The translations under genes and the position numbers were made by a program. From an uncultured Bacillales bacterium (GTDB lineage: Bacteria; Bacillota_I; Bacilli_A; RF39; UBA660): DNA of 64,000 bases. Position 1 is the stretch's first letter. Every line of letters begins with the position of its first letter. Location: assembly GCA_947564265.1 (NCBI GenBank), contig CANOBK010000007.1, positions 38,529-102,528 on the forward strand, read 5' to 3'. The notes beneath the pieces are model-generated. The model ran no database searches. It had not been told where the DNA came from and saw only the letters and a program-made list of their open reading frames with translations. Of this stretch, positions 17,768 to 27,022 are shown in pieces.

Positions 17768-18481
17768 ATGAAGAAAAAATATCAAATTTATATCATTAAT
17801 GGGATAATTATAATTTTAATCGCTATATTTTTATTTTCTACTTATCGATTCCTTAGACTTTCTTATTTCAAAGAGTCAAGTAGAAAAGCAAATGAAAAAA
17901 TTATTGAAAAGGTAATTATTCCATTAGAAACTTCTGACAAAGAGGAAGAAGACGAAATTTTTACTGTGGATTTTCAAAAACTAAAAGAAATCAATAGTGA
18001 TGTAATTGGTTGGATTTATATTCCAGGCACAAAAATTAACTATCCAATTGTACAAAGACAAGATAATTCCTATTATTTGACTCATGATATTAATAAAAAA
18101 TATAATATCTTGGGATCTATCTTCATGAATTCTTCAAATCATAGTGACTTTTCAGATTCTAATACCATTTTATTTGGACATAATAATCATCAAGATAATT
18201 TAATGTTTACAGATTTAAAAGAAATCTATGATGGGAACTTAGGAAATCAATTAGATATTTATATCTACACAGAAGAAAAAAATTATATATATCAGATTTA
18301 TTCTGTATACTTAGCGACACCATCAGATGAGAGTCCACTAAACACAGCAATAGACTTTTTTGATCGAACAGAGAGGGAATTTCTTTATGACCAAACAGAT
18401 ATTAAAAAAACGTTAACTTTATCTACCTGTTATAAGGATAGTAGCAAAAGAATTATTATTCATGCGTCAAGAAGTGTCTAA
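17768..18481 (+). CDS. srtB: Class B sortase
   Basis: N-terminal TM anchor; 'VIGWIYIPGTKINYPIVQ', 'DNSYYLTHD', catalytic His 'ILFGHN', catalytic Cys 'TLSTC', Arg 'IIIHASR'; ATG is 1 nt after the upstream stop (translational coupling). Confidence 0.85.
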   Translation: MKKKYQIYIINGIIIILIAIFLFSTYRFLRLSYFKESSRKANEKIIEKVIIPLETSDKEEEDEIFTVDFQKLKEINSDVIGWIYIPGTKINYPIVQRQDNSYYLTHDINKKYNILGSIFMNSSNHSDFSDSNTILFGHNNHQDNLMFTDLKEIYDGNLGNQLDIYIYTEEKNYIYQIYSVYLATPSDESPLNTAIDFFDRTEREFLYDQTDIKKTLTLSTCYKDSSKRIIIHASRSV

Positions 18482-18567
18482 TAGATAAATAACCTGTTTT
18501 ATTTATCAGAAATAAATGTTATGATAGTAGTAAGAAAATAGGAGAACCCTATCTATAGGAGGATATT

Positions 18568-21500
18568 ATGAAACTAAAAAAGAAGTATAAAGGAATATTG
18601 TTATCTTTTGTATTAGTGGCAATTTTAGCAGTGACGAATTTGATTGCTGGGGCCTCTAATATCGCAAAAATGACAATTGAACCATTAGCAGGGGATATTG
18701 AACCAGGAGATACGTTTACATTAAATATAAAACTTCAAGATTCTGGGGAATTTGACGGATTAGGTTTCAAATTGAATTATGATAATACAGCATTCGAATT
18801 TCAAAATGCAACCTATTTAGAGGGAAAATATGCAGGTTCATTGATAATGACCAATAATTCCGGTAACCAGGTAATTTTTGGTTTTACTCATACTGTTGAT
18901 ACTGGAACAAATTATGAGGATTGTAATGGAATCATTGCAACGGTAACCTTTAAGGCGAAGGATACAGCCGTTGGGGAATATGATTTTAGATTAGCTATGG
19001 ATCGTGTAACTGATGACGATGAATTCTTCAAAACAGATGCTGATATGAATGATACAGATTTGGAACTAGAAACAGGTTCTTTAAAAGTAAAAGTTAAAGT
19101 AGATGCAACAGATATTAATGTTTCACCAACAAGTATTAGTTTGATTAAAGGTGATTCAACAACGATTTCAGTAGCACCTATTCCTAGCAAAGTAACTACT
19201 TTAAGAAATGCAAGTATTACGGCTAGTCCTAGTGGAATTGTTAATGTTGATAACGATGGAAATGTAGAAGCTGTTGGAAATGGTACTGCTACTATTAGTG
19301 TAACTGCTTATGGAATTACAAAAACTGTTTCAGTAACTGTTACCAATCCACTTGTAGGAATTTCTCTAGATAAAACATCCTTAGAATTGGGAAAAGGGGA
19401 AACTTATAAATTAACAGCAACTTTAAATCCAACCGATACTTCAGAATCTAAAGACATCACTTGGACATCTTCTAATGATCAAATTGCTTCTGTTAGTAGC
19501 GACGGTACAGTAACTGCTGTTGGGAATGTAGGAGATACAAAAGCAACGATTCGTGCTACTTCTTCAAACCCTACGATTTATGCAGAATGTGTAGTTGATA
19601 TCGTGATTCCAATTACTTCTGTAGATATGGATGAAAATCCAATTACGATGAATAAAGGAGATACGAAACAATTATCTTTCACCTATGAACCTAGTAATAC
19701 AACACAAAATAAGACAATTACTTGGGAGTCTTCTGATCCAACGGTTGCTACTGTAACCAATGGAAAAGTAACTGCTATCAAAGGTGGTACTACTACAATT
19801 ACTGCTTCTATGTTAAATAAGAAATGGACGAAGTCAGTAGAAATTACAGTAGAAGTTGGATTAAATGATGTAACTTTCAGTCCAATGAGTGTAGAATTAT
19901 TACCAGGACAAGATCAAGAAATTACAAAAACGTTTGATCCATTCGATGCAACACATAAGGATATTACTTGGAATTCTACAGATACAGGAGTAGTGACTGT
20001 AGATACGAATGGTAAGATTCATGCTGTAGCAGCAGGTACAACAACGGTAACTGCTACTTATCAAACATTAACTGGACAAAAAACAAAAACAATCAATGTA
20101 AAAGTATTAATTCCAATTACTGGAGTTACAATTAAACCAAATAGTAGTATTACAATTAATAAAGGTGAAACTACAACCTTATCAGTAGAAGTTACTCCTG
20201 CCAATGCAGAAGAAGATAAAACAGTAACTTGGAGTAGTGATACACCGAATGTTGCTTCTGTCGATCAGTCAACTGGTGTAGTTACTGCTAAAAGTGGTGG
20301 TAGTGCTACCATTACTGGTACTTTAAAAAATGGTAAAACCGTAACTGCCTATATTAATGTTCATGTACCAGTTAGTGGTGTAACTTTAAATCAAACAGAG
20401 TTAAATTTAAATAAGGGTGATACTTATAATGGGTTAGTTGCAACAATTAATCCAAGTGATGCAACAGTGCAAGCTGTTACATGGAGTAGTTCTGATACAG
20501 CAGTTGCAACAGTAGATGCTTCAACTGGAGTCATTACTGCAAAAGCAGATGGAACTGCTATTATTACAGCTACTGCTGAAGGAAAAACGGCAACAGTTAC
20601 TGTAAAAGTGACAACTGCTGTAACAAGTGTATCCATTGATCAAGGAACAACAAAAACAATGATAAAAGGAGATACAGATACTTTAACAGCTACTGTACTT
20701 CCAAACGATGCAACTGATAAAACAGTGACTTGGAGTAGTGATAACTCAGGAATCGTTAGTGTAGATGCGAATGGTAACATTGCTGCTAAAGCAGGTGGCC
20801 AAGCAATCATTACTGCCAAAGCAGGAAGCAAAACAAGTACAATTACTATTACAGTTCGAGTACCAATTACAAAATTTGAATTAGCTTCACAAGATCAAAA
20901 TCCAACGATTCTTAGAGGTGCTAAAAATGCAAAAACTTTAACGACAATTATTGGACCAGATGATGCAACAGATGATAGAACTATTACTTGGACTTCTTCA
21001 GACAATACGGTAGCAACCGTAGATGCTACTGGTAAAGTTACCGGATTAAAAGAAGGAACAGCAGTTATTACAGGTACCTTAAATTCAACGGGTGCTACTG
21101 TTCGTTCTAATGTTACAATTCAAGTAATTGAACTTACAGGAATTAAAGTATCTTTAGAAACTGATGATGTTTTAAAAGGAAAGAGCTATCCTGTTACTGT
21201 AACGCCAATTCCAGAAGATTCAACTGAACTTGAGAATATCGTATTCGAAAGCAGTGATGAAGATATCTTCACCGTTTCTAGTGATGGTATCATTACTGGA
21301 GTAAAAGAAGGAACTGCAACATTGACAGTAACCGTTTTAGGACCTGGTGTTACAAGAGCTAATCCAATTACAGAACAGATTGAAATTCATGTTCGTGAAA
21401 TTGCTCTAGAAGGAATTGCGATTGTTCCAATTGAAGGAACATTAACAGTTGGAGAAACAACACAAATCGAGCTTGATTTAATTCCAGAAGATGTAACAGA

Positions 21501-21783
21501 TGACATTAAGATTGTATACAAATCAAGTGATGAAACAATTGCAACTGTAGATGAAAATGGTGTAGTAACTGCTTTAAAAGAGGGAAAAGTTAAAATTTCA
21601 GTTATAGCAAGTACGGATGCTGCTGAATTTACATCAGAAACAGAAATTACAATTGTAAAACCTAGTGTAAGTCCAAGTACTTCTGTAGAGGCAACTACAA
21701 AATACCTAATCATTTCAGCCGTTTCTATGGTTCTAGTTGGAGGACTTATCGTTACAAAAAGAAAAATGAAAAAGGTAAAATAA
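18568..21783 (+). CDS. Cell-surface scaffold: cohesin + 10 Big_2 domains + C-terminal hydrophobic anchor with basic tail
   Basis: AGGAGG RBS; signal peptide; cohesin-like 'IEPGDTFTLNIKLQDSGEFDGLGFKLNYDNTAFEFQNATY ... ATVTFKAKDTAVGEYDF'; ten units of '...L.KG.T..L.ATV.P.DA.....TW.SSD..VA.VD..G.VTA...G.A.ITA'; C-terminus 'SPSTSVEATTKYLIISAVSMVLVGGLIVTKRKMKKVK'. Confidence 0.85.
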   Translation: MKLKKKYKGILLSFVLVAILAVTNLIAGASNIAKMTIEPLAGDIEPGDTFTLNIKLQDSGEFDGLGFKLNYDNTAFEFQNATYLEGKYAGSLIMTNNSGNQVIFGFTHTVDTGTNYEDCNGIIATVTFKAKDTAVGEYDFRLAMDRVTDDDEFFKTDADMNDTDLELETGSLKVKVKVDATDINVSPTSISLIKGDSTTISVAPIPSKVTTLRNASITASPSGIVNVDNDGNVEAVGNGTATISVTAYGITKTVSVTVTNPLVGISLDKTSLELGKGETYKLTATLNPTDTSESKDITWTSSNDQIASVSSDGTVTAVGNVGDTKATIRATSSNPTIYAECVVDIVIPITSVDMDENPITMNKGDTKQLSFTYEPSNTTQNKTITWESSDPTVATVTNGKVTAIKGGTTTITASMLNKKWTKSVEITVEVGLNDVTFSPMSVELLPGQDQEITKTFDPFDATHKDITWNSTDTGVVTVDTNGKIHAVAAGTTTVTATYQTLTGQKTKTINVKVLIPITGVTIKPNSSITINKGETTTLSVEVTPANAEEDKTVTWSSDTPNVASVDQSTGVVTAKSGGSATITGTLKNGKTVTAYINVHVPVSGVTLNQTELNLNKGDTYNGLVATINPSDATVQAVTWSSSDTAVATVDASTGVITAKADGTAIITATAEGKTATVTVKVTTAVTSVSIDQGTTKTMIKGDTDTLTATVLPNDATDKTVTWSSDNSGIVSVDANGNIAAKAGGQAIITAKAGSKTSTITITVRVPITKFELASQDQNPTILRGAKNAKTLTTIIGPDDATDDRTITWTSSDNTVATVDATGKVTGLKEGTAVITGTLNSTGATVRSNVTIQVIELTGIKVSLETDDVLKGKSYPVTVTPIPEDSTELENIVFESSDEDIFTVSSDGIITGVKEGTATLTVTVLGPGVTRANPITEQIEIHVREIALEGIAIVPIEGTLTVGETTQIELDLIPEDVTDDIKIVYKSSDETIATVDENGVVTALKEGKVKISVIASTDAAEFTSETEITIVKPSVSPSTSVEATTKYLIISAVSMVLVGGLIVTKRKMKKVK
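19105..21660 (+). repeat. Array of 10 Big_2 (bacterial Ig-like group 2) domain-coding units
   Basis: Ten recurring 'TW(T/S)SS(D/N)..(V/I)A(T/S)V' cores spaced about 85-95 aa apart. Confidence 0.8.
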
Positions 21784-21784
21784 A

Positions 21785-22618
21785 ATGAAAAGAATATTAG
21801 GAATTTATTTATTACTGCAAATCTTACTAATTCCTAATGTGTATGCTGAGGAACTACCTACAATTTCTGTAGGTAGTTTTGACGCCTATATAGGAGAAAA
21901 GATTGTAGTACCTATTACAATTAAAAACAATCAAGGTTGTAGTTATCTTGGAATTAAAATCAATTATGATGATTCAAGTTTGGACTTTTTAGATTCCAAA
22001 ATAAAAGGATTAGAAAATGCAGATCTAAAGGATATTCAAAGAGATGAAGATGTGATTACACTTTATGCTATGGCATTTCAAGATAATAAAACGATGAAGG
22101 ATAACGGTGTTATCGCAGAACTTAGTTTTCAGGTAAAAGAAAATGCCGTGACGTCAGAGTTAAGGCTTGAAGTAACGGATTACGGTGGTGAAGACTTAGT
22201 AGATTTCGACTTTAGGCAGGAAAATGGTATTATAAGAATTGCCGAACGTAAGGTGACAAATTCTACTGAAGATTTAACGCAATCACTTCCTTCTTCTGAA
22301 GGAGTAGTGACATGGAAATCATCTGATGAATCCGTTACATCTATAAATGAAGAAGGAATCGCAACTTTTTCCAAAGAAGGAACTTCTAAAATTACAGGGC
22401 TTGATTCTGATGGAAATATCATTATAGAAAAAGAATATAGTGTAGTGGATGAGACAAAGAAAGCCAAGAAAGAAACTGAAAAGGAAGACGAAAGAAAAAA
22501 GAAGAAGCCAAATGGAATCATCTATATTTTTGGTTCTTTAGGAATTCTTCTCATTCTAAGTATTTTATTAATTATAATCAAGTATTGTCATCATTCAAGA
22601 ATTAAGAAGGCAAATTAA
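21785..22618 (+). CDS. Small membrane-anchored cohesin protein (cohesin - Big_2-like - Lys/Glu linker - TM)
   Basis: ATG 1 nt after the upstream stop; signal peptide 'LLLQILLIPNVYA'; cohesin-like 'AYIGEKIVVPITIKNNQGCSYLGIKINYDDSSLDFLDSKI ... AELSFQVKENAVTSELRL'; 'VTWKSSDESVTSINEEG'; C-terminal TM 'IIYIFGSLGILLILSILLIII' + 'KYCHHSRIKKAN'. Confidence 0.75.
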   Translation: MKRILGIYLLLQILLIPNVYAEELPTISVGSFDAYIGEKIVVPITIKNNQGCSYLGIKINYDDSSLDFLDSKIKGLENADLKDIQRDEDVITLYAMAFQDNKTMKDNGVIAELSFQVKENAVTSELRLEVTDYGGEDLVDFDFRQENGIIRIAERKVTNSTEDLTQSLPSSEGVVTWKSSDESVTSINEEGIATFSKEGTSKITGLDSDGNIIIEKEYSVVDETKKAKKETEKEDERKKKKPNGIIYIFGSLGILLILSILLIIIKYCHHSRIKKAN

Positions 22619-22738
22619 TTATTGTTTGTCTTTTTTTATGTGATAGATTATGTTAAGAAAAATTGCGTAAGTTCCAATGAAAATTGGTAGAAAAAATCAA
22701 TTAAAAAATATAAGATATTTGAGGAAAGGAGGAAAAAG

Positions 22739-23164
22739 ATGGGACTTGGAAATAAAATTCTAACATTAAGAAAACAGGCAAATATTACACAGGAAGATCT
22801 AGCAGAAAAGTTAAATGTAACAAGGCAGACAATTTCAAAATGGGAATTAGAAGAAACAGCACCAGATATTAAGCAAGCAAAAGAATTATCGAAGATTTTT
22901 CATGTCAGTCTCGATGAACTAGTTGATAACGAAATTAAGGACTTATTAGTAGAAAAGGTTAGCAATACAGAAAAACTAGCAGGTCTAATTATTAGGATTA
23001 TCAAAATAGGTGGATGTATCCTATTCACACTCTTTGTGATTGATATCCTTATTTTCTTAGCCTTTACCGTTCATAATATCGTCGAAAATAACCAATCTAG
23101 GACGAAAGAAGAGGTAAGTTACAATTTGATAAAAAAAGAATCCAATCAAACTTTTATTTTGTAA
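22739..23164 (+). CDS. XRE-family HTH regulator with C-terminal transmembrane segment
   Basis: 'LRKQANITQEDLAEKLNVTRQTISKWE' HTH_3 motif; TM 'IGGCILFTLFVIDILIFLAFTV'. Confidence 0.85.
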   Translation: MGLGNKILTLRKQANITQEDLAEKLNVTRQTISKWELEETAPDIKQAKELSKIFHVSLDELVDNEIKDLLVEKVSNTEKLAGLIIRIIKIGGCILFTLFVIDILIFLAFTVHNIVENNQSRTKEEVSYNLIKKESNQTFIL

Positions 23165-23211
23165 TTGAGATTCTTCATTTTGAAATAGAAAAAATTTAAA
23201 AAAATTTAAGG

Positions 23212-23237
23212 AAAGATAGAGTCATCTATCTTTTTTT
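23212..23237 (+). terminator. Rho-independent terminator
   Basis: AAAGATAGA (23212-23220) GTCA TCTATCTTT (23225-23233) then a T-run. Confidence 0.8.
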
Positions 23238-23266
23238 CTGTTATACTAAATAAAAGGAGTGGGAAG

Positions 23267-23695
23267 GTGAAAGATAAAAAGAAATGGTTATTTGGTGGAA
23301 TTCTTTTCCTTTTGATTCTAGCAATCGCAATCGTTTTATTTTTTAATAGAAATCTGATTGATAAAGAGAATGTCAAAATTACGATTAGTGAATCTAAAAT
23401 CTATCAAAAGGAAGAAATCGAATCTGCGATTGACATAGTAATGAAAAAGTTCGAGGATTTTCCAGCAACCTTAGAAGAAATCTGGTATCAGGACGATGAA
23501 AAACTTTTTATGGAATGGGCGGAGAACTATGATGCTGAAGAAGCAATTGTATTGTATTCTAATTTTACAACTTATGATACAGATGATATGTATAGTCAAG
23601 GATTTGGAAGAAACTTGAAATACGAAAAATACCAATGGTTTTTAGTTCGCAATGAAGGGGAATCTTGGGAGTTAAAAACATGGGGATGGGGATAG
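23267..23695 (+). CDS. Membrane-anchored hypothetical protein
   Basis: AAGGAG RBS, GTG start; N-terminal TM 'WLFGGILFLLILAIAIVLFF'; no recognised domain. Confidence 0.6.
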   Translation: MKDKKKWLFGGILFLLILAIAIVLFFNRNLIDKENVKITISESKIYQKEEIESAIDIVMKKFEDFPATLEEIWYQDDEKLFMEWAENYDAEEAIVLYSNFTTYDTDDMYSQGFGRNLKYEKYQWFLVRNEGESWELKTWGWG

Positions 23696-23729
23696 AATCC
23701 CTTAAAAATAAAGAATAGGAGTAAGGAAG

Positions 23730-24197
23730 TTGAAAAAGAGAAGTTTATTATTGATTGTATTAAGTACCATGATTTTATTTACTGGTTGTAACCAAAAAGC
23801 AAAAGATGTAGAGAGTGCTGGTGAAAAGAAAACTGAAAATGAAGAACGTTGGATATTAGAAAATGATCAGGAAGTAATCGACCGTGTTACTTTAGAAAAA
23901 ATTGAACAAGAATTAGAAAAAGTAGATCAATTAGAATCAGAATATTTGGTATTAATGCCACTAGAAAAAATCGCACATACTAACTATATTCAAGTGTATA
24001 ATGATACAGTAGTCGAGAATGAAAAAAGTGAAGAAGAAAAGTTCCATGTAGAAGTTTGCTTCTTAAAAGGGGAAGAAGATGACTTCGAATTGCTTGGAAA
24101 AGATAATTTAACGGAAGAAGAGGTTTTAGAAATTTTAGAGGACTATTTTTTAAATCGAAAAATACCGGATACAGGGGATTGGTATTTAGTAAGTTAG
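23730..24197 (+). CDS. Putative lipoprotein, acidic
   Basis: AGGAG RBS, TTG start; signal + lipobox-like 'LSTMILFTGC'; Glu-rich mature part. Confidence 0.6.
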   Translation: MKKRSLLLIVLSTMILFTGCNQKAKDVESAGEKKTENEERWILENDQEVIDRVTLEKIEQELEKVDQLESEYLVLMPLEKIAHTNYIQVYNDTVVENEKSEEEKFHVEVCFLKGEEDDFELLGKDNLTEEEVLEILEDYFLNRKIPDTGDWYLVS

Positions 24198-24206
24198 GAG
24201 AAATCT

Positions 24207-24785
24207 ATGAAGAAAAGAGAACGAGTCATTTTAATCCTTTGTTTTTTGATTATTGTCATTTCTATCGGAGGATATTTTGGTGTACAGTATTTCTTAAATC
24301 GTGATTTAGAAAAGGAAAAAGAAGAACTGAAGAAGACAATCGATCAGTATGGTTTCGTAGAAAAAGAAACGGTTACAACTTTGATTGCCAAATTTAATAC
24401 AGAGATTATAGAGGATGGAATCAATCAGCCTGCAAGGGAAAACTTTATGGAACCCTCTACTGCAGAGTATTGGTATCAGCTGACCAATCATATCTATTGT
24501 TATGTTGTAACTTTAGATTTTACAGGAGATAAGGAAAAAGATATTGTATCTATGATGGCTATTCATTATCCCAAAGAAGGTGGAGATGAACTTGCACTTG
24601 CCTATACAAAAAGTTTACTGAAGGCAAATCAAGAAAACTTAACGGATCAGGAAATTGAAAACTTACTATGGGAAGCGGCAACTTCTACAAATTCTGAAAA
24701 TGTCCAAAGTGGAAAAGGAATTGCCGTTTCTTTTAAAGAAGCAGAGGATCATTATGAATATCAAGTTATTCGTATCTATGAATAG
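24207..24785 (+). CDS. Membrane-anchored hypothetical protein
   Basis: AGGAG RBS; N-terminal TM 'VILILCFLIIVISIGGYFGV'. Confidence 0.6.
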   Translation: MKKRERVILILCFLIIVISIGGYFGVQYFLNRDLEKEKEELKKTIDQYGFVEKETVTTLIAKFNTEIIEDGINQPARENFMEPSTAEYWYQLTNHIYCYVVTLDFTGDKEKDIVSMMAIHYPKEGGDELALAYTKSLLKANQENLTDQEIENLLWEAATSTNSENVQSGKGIAVSFKEAEDHYEYQVIRIYE

Positions 24786-24859
24786 AATGTTGAAAAAAGA
24801 GAACAAAAGAATATTTCTCTTTTTTTCATTGTAAGAGCACGTAAACCAATAAAAAAGTC

Positions 24860-24889
24860 TTGACATAGGATTCAATTTTATGAAATAAT
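24860..24889 (+). promoter_or_regulatory. Putative sigma-A promoter
   Basis: -35 TTGACA (24860-24865), 18-nt spacer ending in TGa, -10 AATAAT (24884-24889). Confidence 0.55.
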
Positions 24890-24968
24890 GGATAGCGTGC
24901 TATGTATAAGAAAGATAAGAATTTCTTAACTATATTGATTCAATTATATGGATTAGAGAGGGAGTATT

Positions 24969-26954
24969 ATGAAAAAATTAGATTTAGGAAAAGACAATAT
25001 TAACAAGTTATTATTATCATTTGCTATACCTTGTGTTATTAGCATGTTAATTAATTCAGTTTATAATATTGTCGATCAGATTTTTATTGGAAAGGGAGTT
25101 GGAACAGTAGGAAATGCCGCTACTAATGTTATCTTTCCCCTAGTGTTAATCTTTGGTGCAGTTGCTTCTTTAATTGGAAATGGAACGAGTGCTAATTTGT
25201 CATTAAAACTAGGAGAAGGGAAGAAAGAAGAGGCAAAACAATCTCTAGGAAGTTCTATCACTGTTTCCGTAATGATTGCTTGTATCGTTGGTATTTTATC
25301 CTATTTTCTTTTACCACATTTAGTACATTTCTTTGGAAGTACAGAGACAGTTTATCCTTATGCTTTAGCCTACGGAAAAATTATTGCGATAGGATCCCCT
25401 TTTGTTATTATTTATTCCATGTTATCAAATGTGATTCGGGCTGATGGTTCTCCTAAGTATTCTATGATTATGTTGGTGATAGGCGCTGTTATTAATATTA
25501 TTTTGGATCCTATCTTTATCTTTGGTTTTCATATGGGAGTAGAAGGAGGTGCTTGGGCTACAGTCATTGGACAAGTGGTTTCCTTTCTAATTGCAATCTT
25601 CTATATTCCAAAAATAAAAAGTGTAAAGTTAGAGAAAAGAGACTTTGTCCCAAACAAATCAATTTTTAGAATTTTGGGTCTAGGATTGTCTAGTTTTATC
25701 ACGCAAATGACAGTTTTAGTTTTATTTGTATTTATGAATAATATGTTAACTAGGTTAGGTGCTGATACCAAGTTTGGTGCGGATACTCCGTTATCTGTTT
25801 ATGGAATTATTTCAAAAATAAATAGTCTCTATATTTCTTCTGTTCTTGGTATTGCGATTGGTTCCCAACCAATTATTGGATTCAACTATGGAGCAGGAAA
25901 TAAGAAACGAGTAAAGGAAGTATTAAGAAAGGTATTAACCGTAAATTTCATCATTGGAATTATTTTTAATTTGATTTTTGTACTATTCCCAGAACAGTTA
26001 GTGAGTCTCTTTATTACGAAATCTGATGCAAGTTATGAACTGTTTATTGAGTTTGCTGTTCTCACTTGTAGATCGATGATGCTAGTAATGGGGATTAACG
26101 TGTTAGAAATTACAACTAGTATTGTTGTTCAGTCTTTGGGAAATGTTTTAAAAGCAACGATGGTTTCCTTTATTCGTCAGATTCTTTTATTCATCCCAAT
26201 CGCATGTCTTTTAAGTCTTGTATTTCATAAGGGAATTTATGGAGTCTTATACGCAGGACCAATCGCTGATATAATTTGCTTCTTGATTTGTATTTTCATT
26301 TTTGGTTCAGAGTATAAGAAATTAACAGAGGTCGAGGAGACGAAAGTAAAAGAATATGCTTCTAGTAAGAAACATTCCTCTTATAAGGGAAAACATATTG
26401 TTGTGACAATTTCTAGAGAATATGGAAGTGGCGGACGTTATGTCGGACAGTTACTAGCAGAACAATTAGGAGTTCCTTTTTACGATAAAGAATTAATTAG
26501 TCTAAGTGCGAAAGAGTCTGGATTGTCTAAAGAATATATTGAAAAAATTGATGAGAAGAATTCTTCTATGAAAACAGAAAGTAATAACGATGATCGACTA
26601 TTTATCGCAGAAACAAAAGTCATTCAAGATTTAGCAAAAAAAGAGTCTTGTGTGATTGTAGGAAGATGTGCTGATTATATTTTAAAAGATCATAAAGATG
26701 TGTTAAAAATATTTTTATATAGTGATGATCATAGTAAAGAAGAACGCGCAACTAAGTATTATGATATTCCTAAAAACAAAGCTTCTAAGTATATTAAGGA
26801 CATCAATAAAAAAAGAGCAAAGCATTATAAGTACTATACAGGGAGAGATTGGAATGAACGTAGTAATTACGACTTATTAATTAATGTTGATACTTTTGGA
26901 GTAGAAAAGACTGCCAATCAATTACTGGATTATATTAAAAATAGAGGAGAGTAG
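24969..26954 (+). CDS. MATE-family efflux transporter fused to a C-terminal cytidylate-kinase-like (AAA-like) domain
   Basis: N-terminal ~450 aa with about 12 hydrophobic spans and a MATE-like start 'LLLSFAIPCVISMLINSVYNIVDQIFIGKG'; C-terminal ~200 aa 'ISREYGSGGRYVGQLLAEQLGVPFYDKELI ... VIVGRCADYIL', typical of the cytidylate kinase-like family. Confidence 0.75.
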   Translation: MKKLDLGKDNINKLLLSFAIPCVISMLINSVYNIVDQIFIGKGVGTVGNAATNVIFPLVLIFGAVASLIGNGTSANLSLKLGEGKKEEAKQSLGSSITVSVMIACIVGILSYFLLPHLVHFFGSTETVYPYALAYGKIIAIGSPFVIIYSMLSNVIRADGSPKYSMIMLVIGAVINIILDPIFIFGFHMGVEGGAWATVIGQVVSFLIAIFYIPKIKSVKLEKRDFVPNKSIFRILGLGLSSFITQMTVLVLFVFMNNMLTRLGADTKFGADTPLSVYGIISKINSLYISSVLGIAIGSQPIIGFNYGAGNKKRVKEVLRKVLTVNFIIGIIFNLIFVLFPEQLVSLFITKSDASYELFIEFAVLTCRSMMLVMGINVLEITTSIVVQSLGNVLKATMVSFIRQILLFIPIACLLSLVFHKGIYGVLYAGPIADIICFLICIFIFGSEYKKLTEVEETKVKEYASSKKHSSYKGKHIVVTISREYGSGGRYVGQLLAEQLGVPFYDKELISLSAKESGLSKEYIEKIDEKNSSMKTESNNDDRLFIAETKVIQDLAKKESCVIVGRCADYILKDHKDVLKIFLYSDDHSKEERATKYYDIPKNKASKYIKDINKKRAKHYKYYTGRDWNERSNYDLLINVDTFGVEKTANQLLDYIKNRGE

Positions 26955-26975
26955 ATTTGAATATCTACTCTTTTT
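26949..26975 (+). terminator. Rho-independent terminator (overlaps the stop codon)
   Basis: GAGTAGAT (26949-26956) / ATCTACTC (26963-26970) then TTTTT. Confidence 0.8.
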
Positions 26976-27022
26976 GTGCTATAGTGAAATAGAATATATA
27001 TTTTAAATAGGGAGTGAAAAGA

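Noticed and set aside
18912-21713. Several 60-110-aa minus-strand ORFs (18912-19190, 20424-20636, 20640-20831, 21387-21713)
   Set aside because: All lie antisense within the Big_2 repeat gene. Thr/Val/Ala-rich codons leave the opposite strand open. They have no RBS and no domain signal.
7127-22618. Interpretation as a classical cellulosome or polysaccharide-degrading locus
   Set aside because: No GH, CE, PL or CBM module and no SLH domain was recognised in any of the nine proteins. Only structural modules and a sortase are present.
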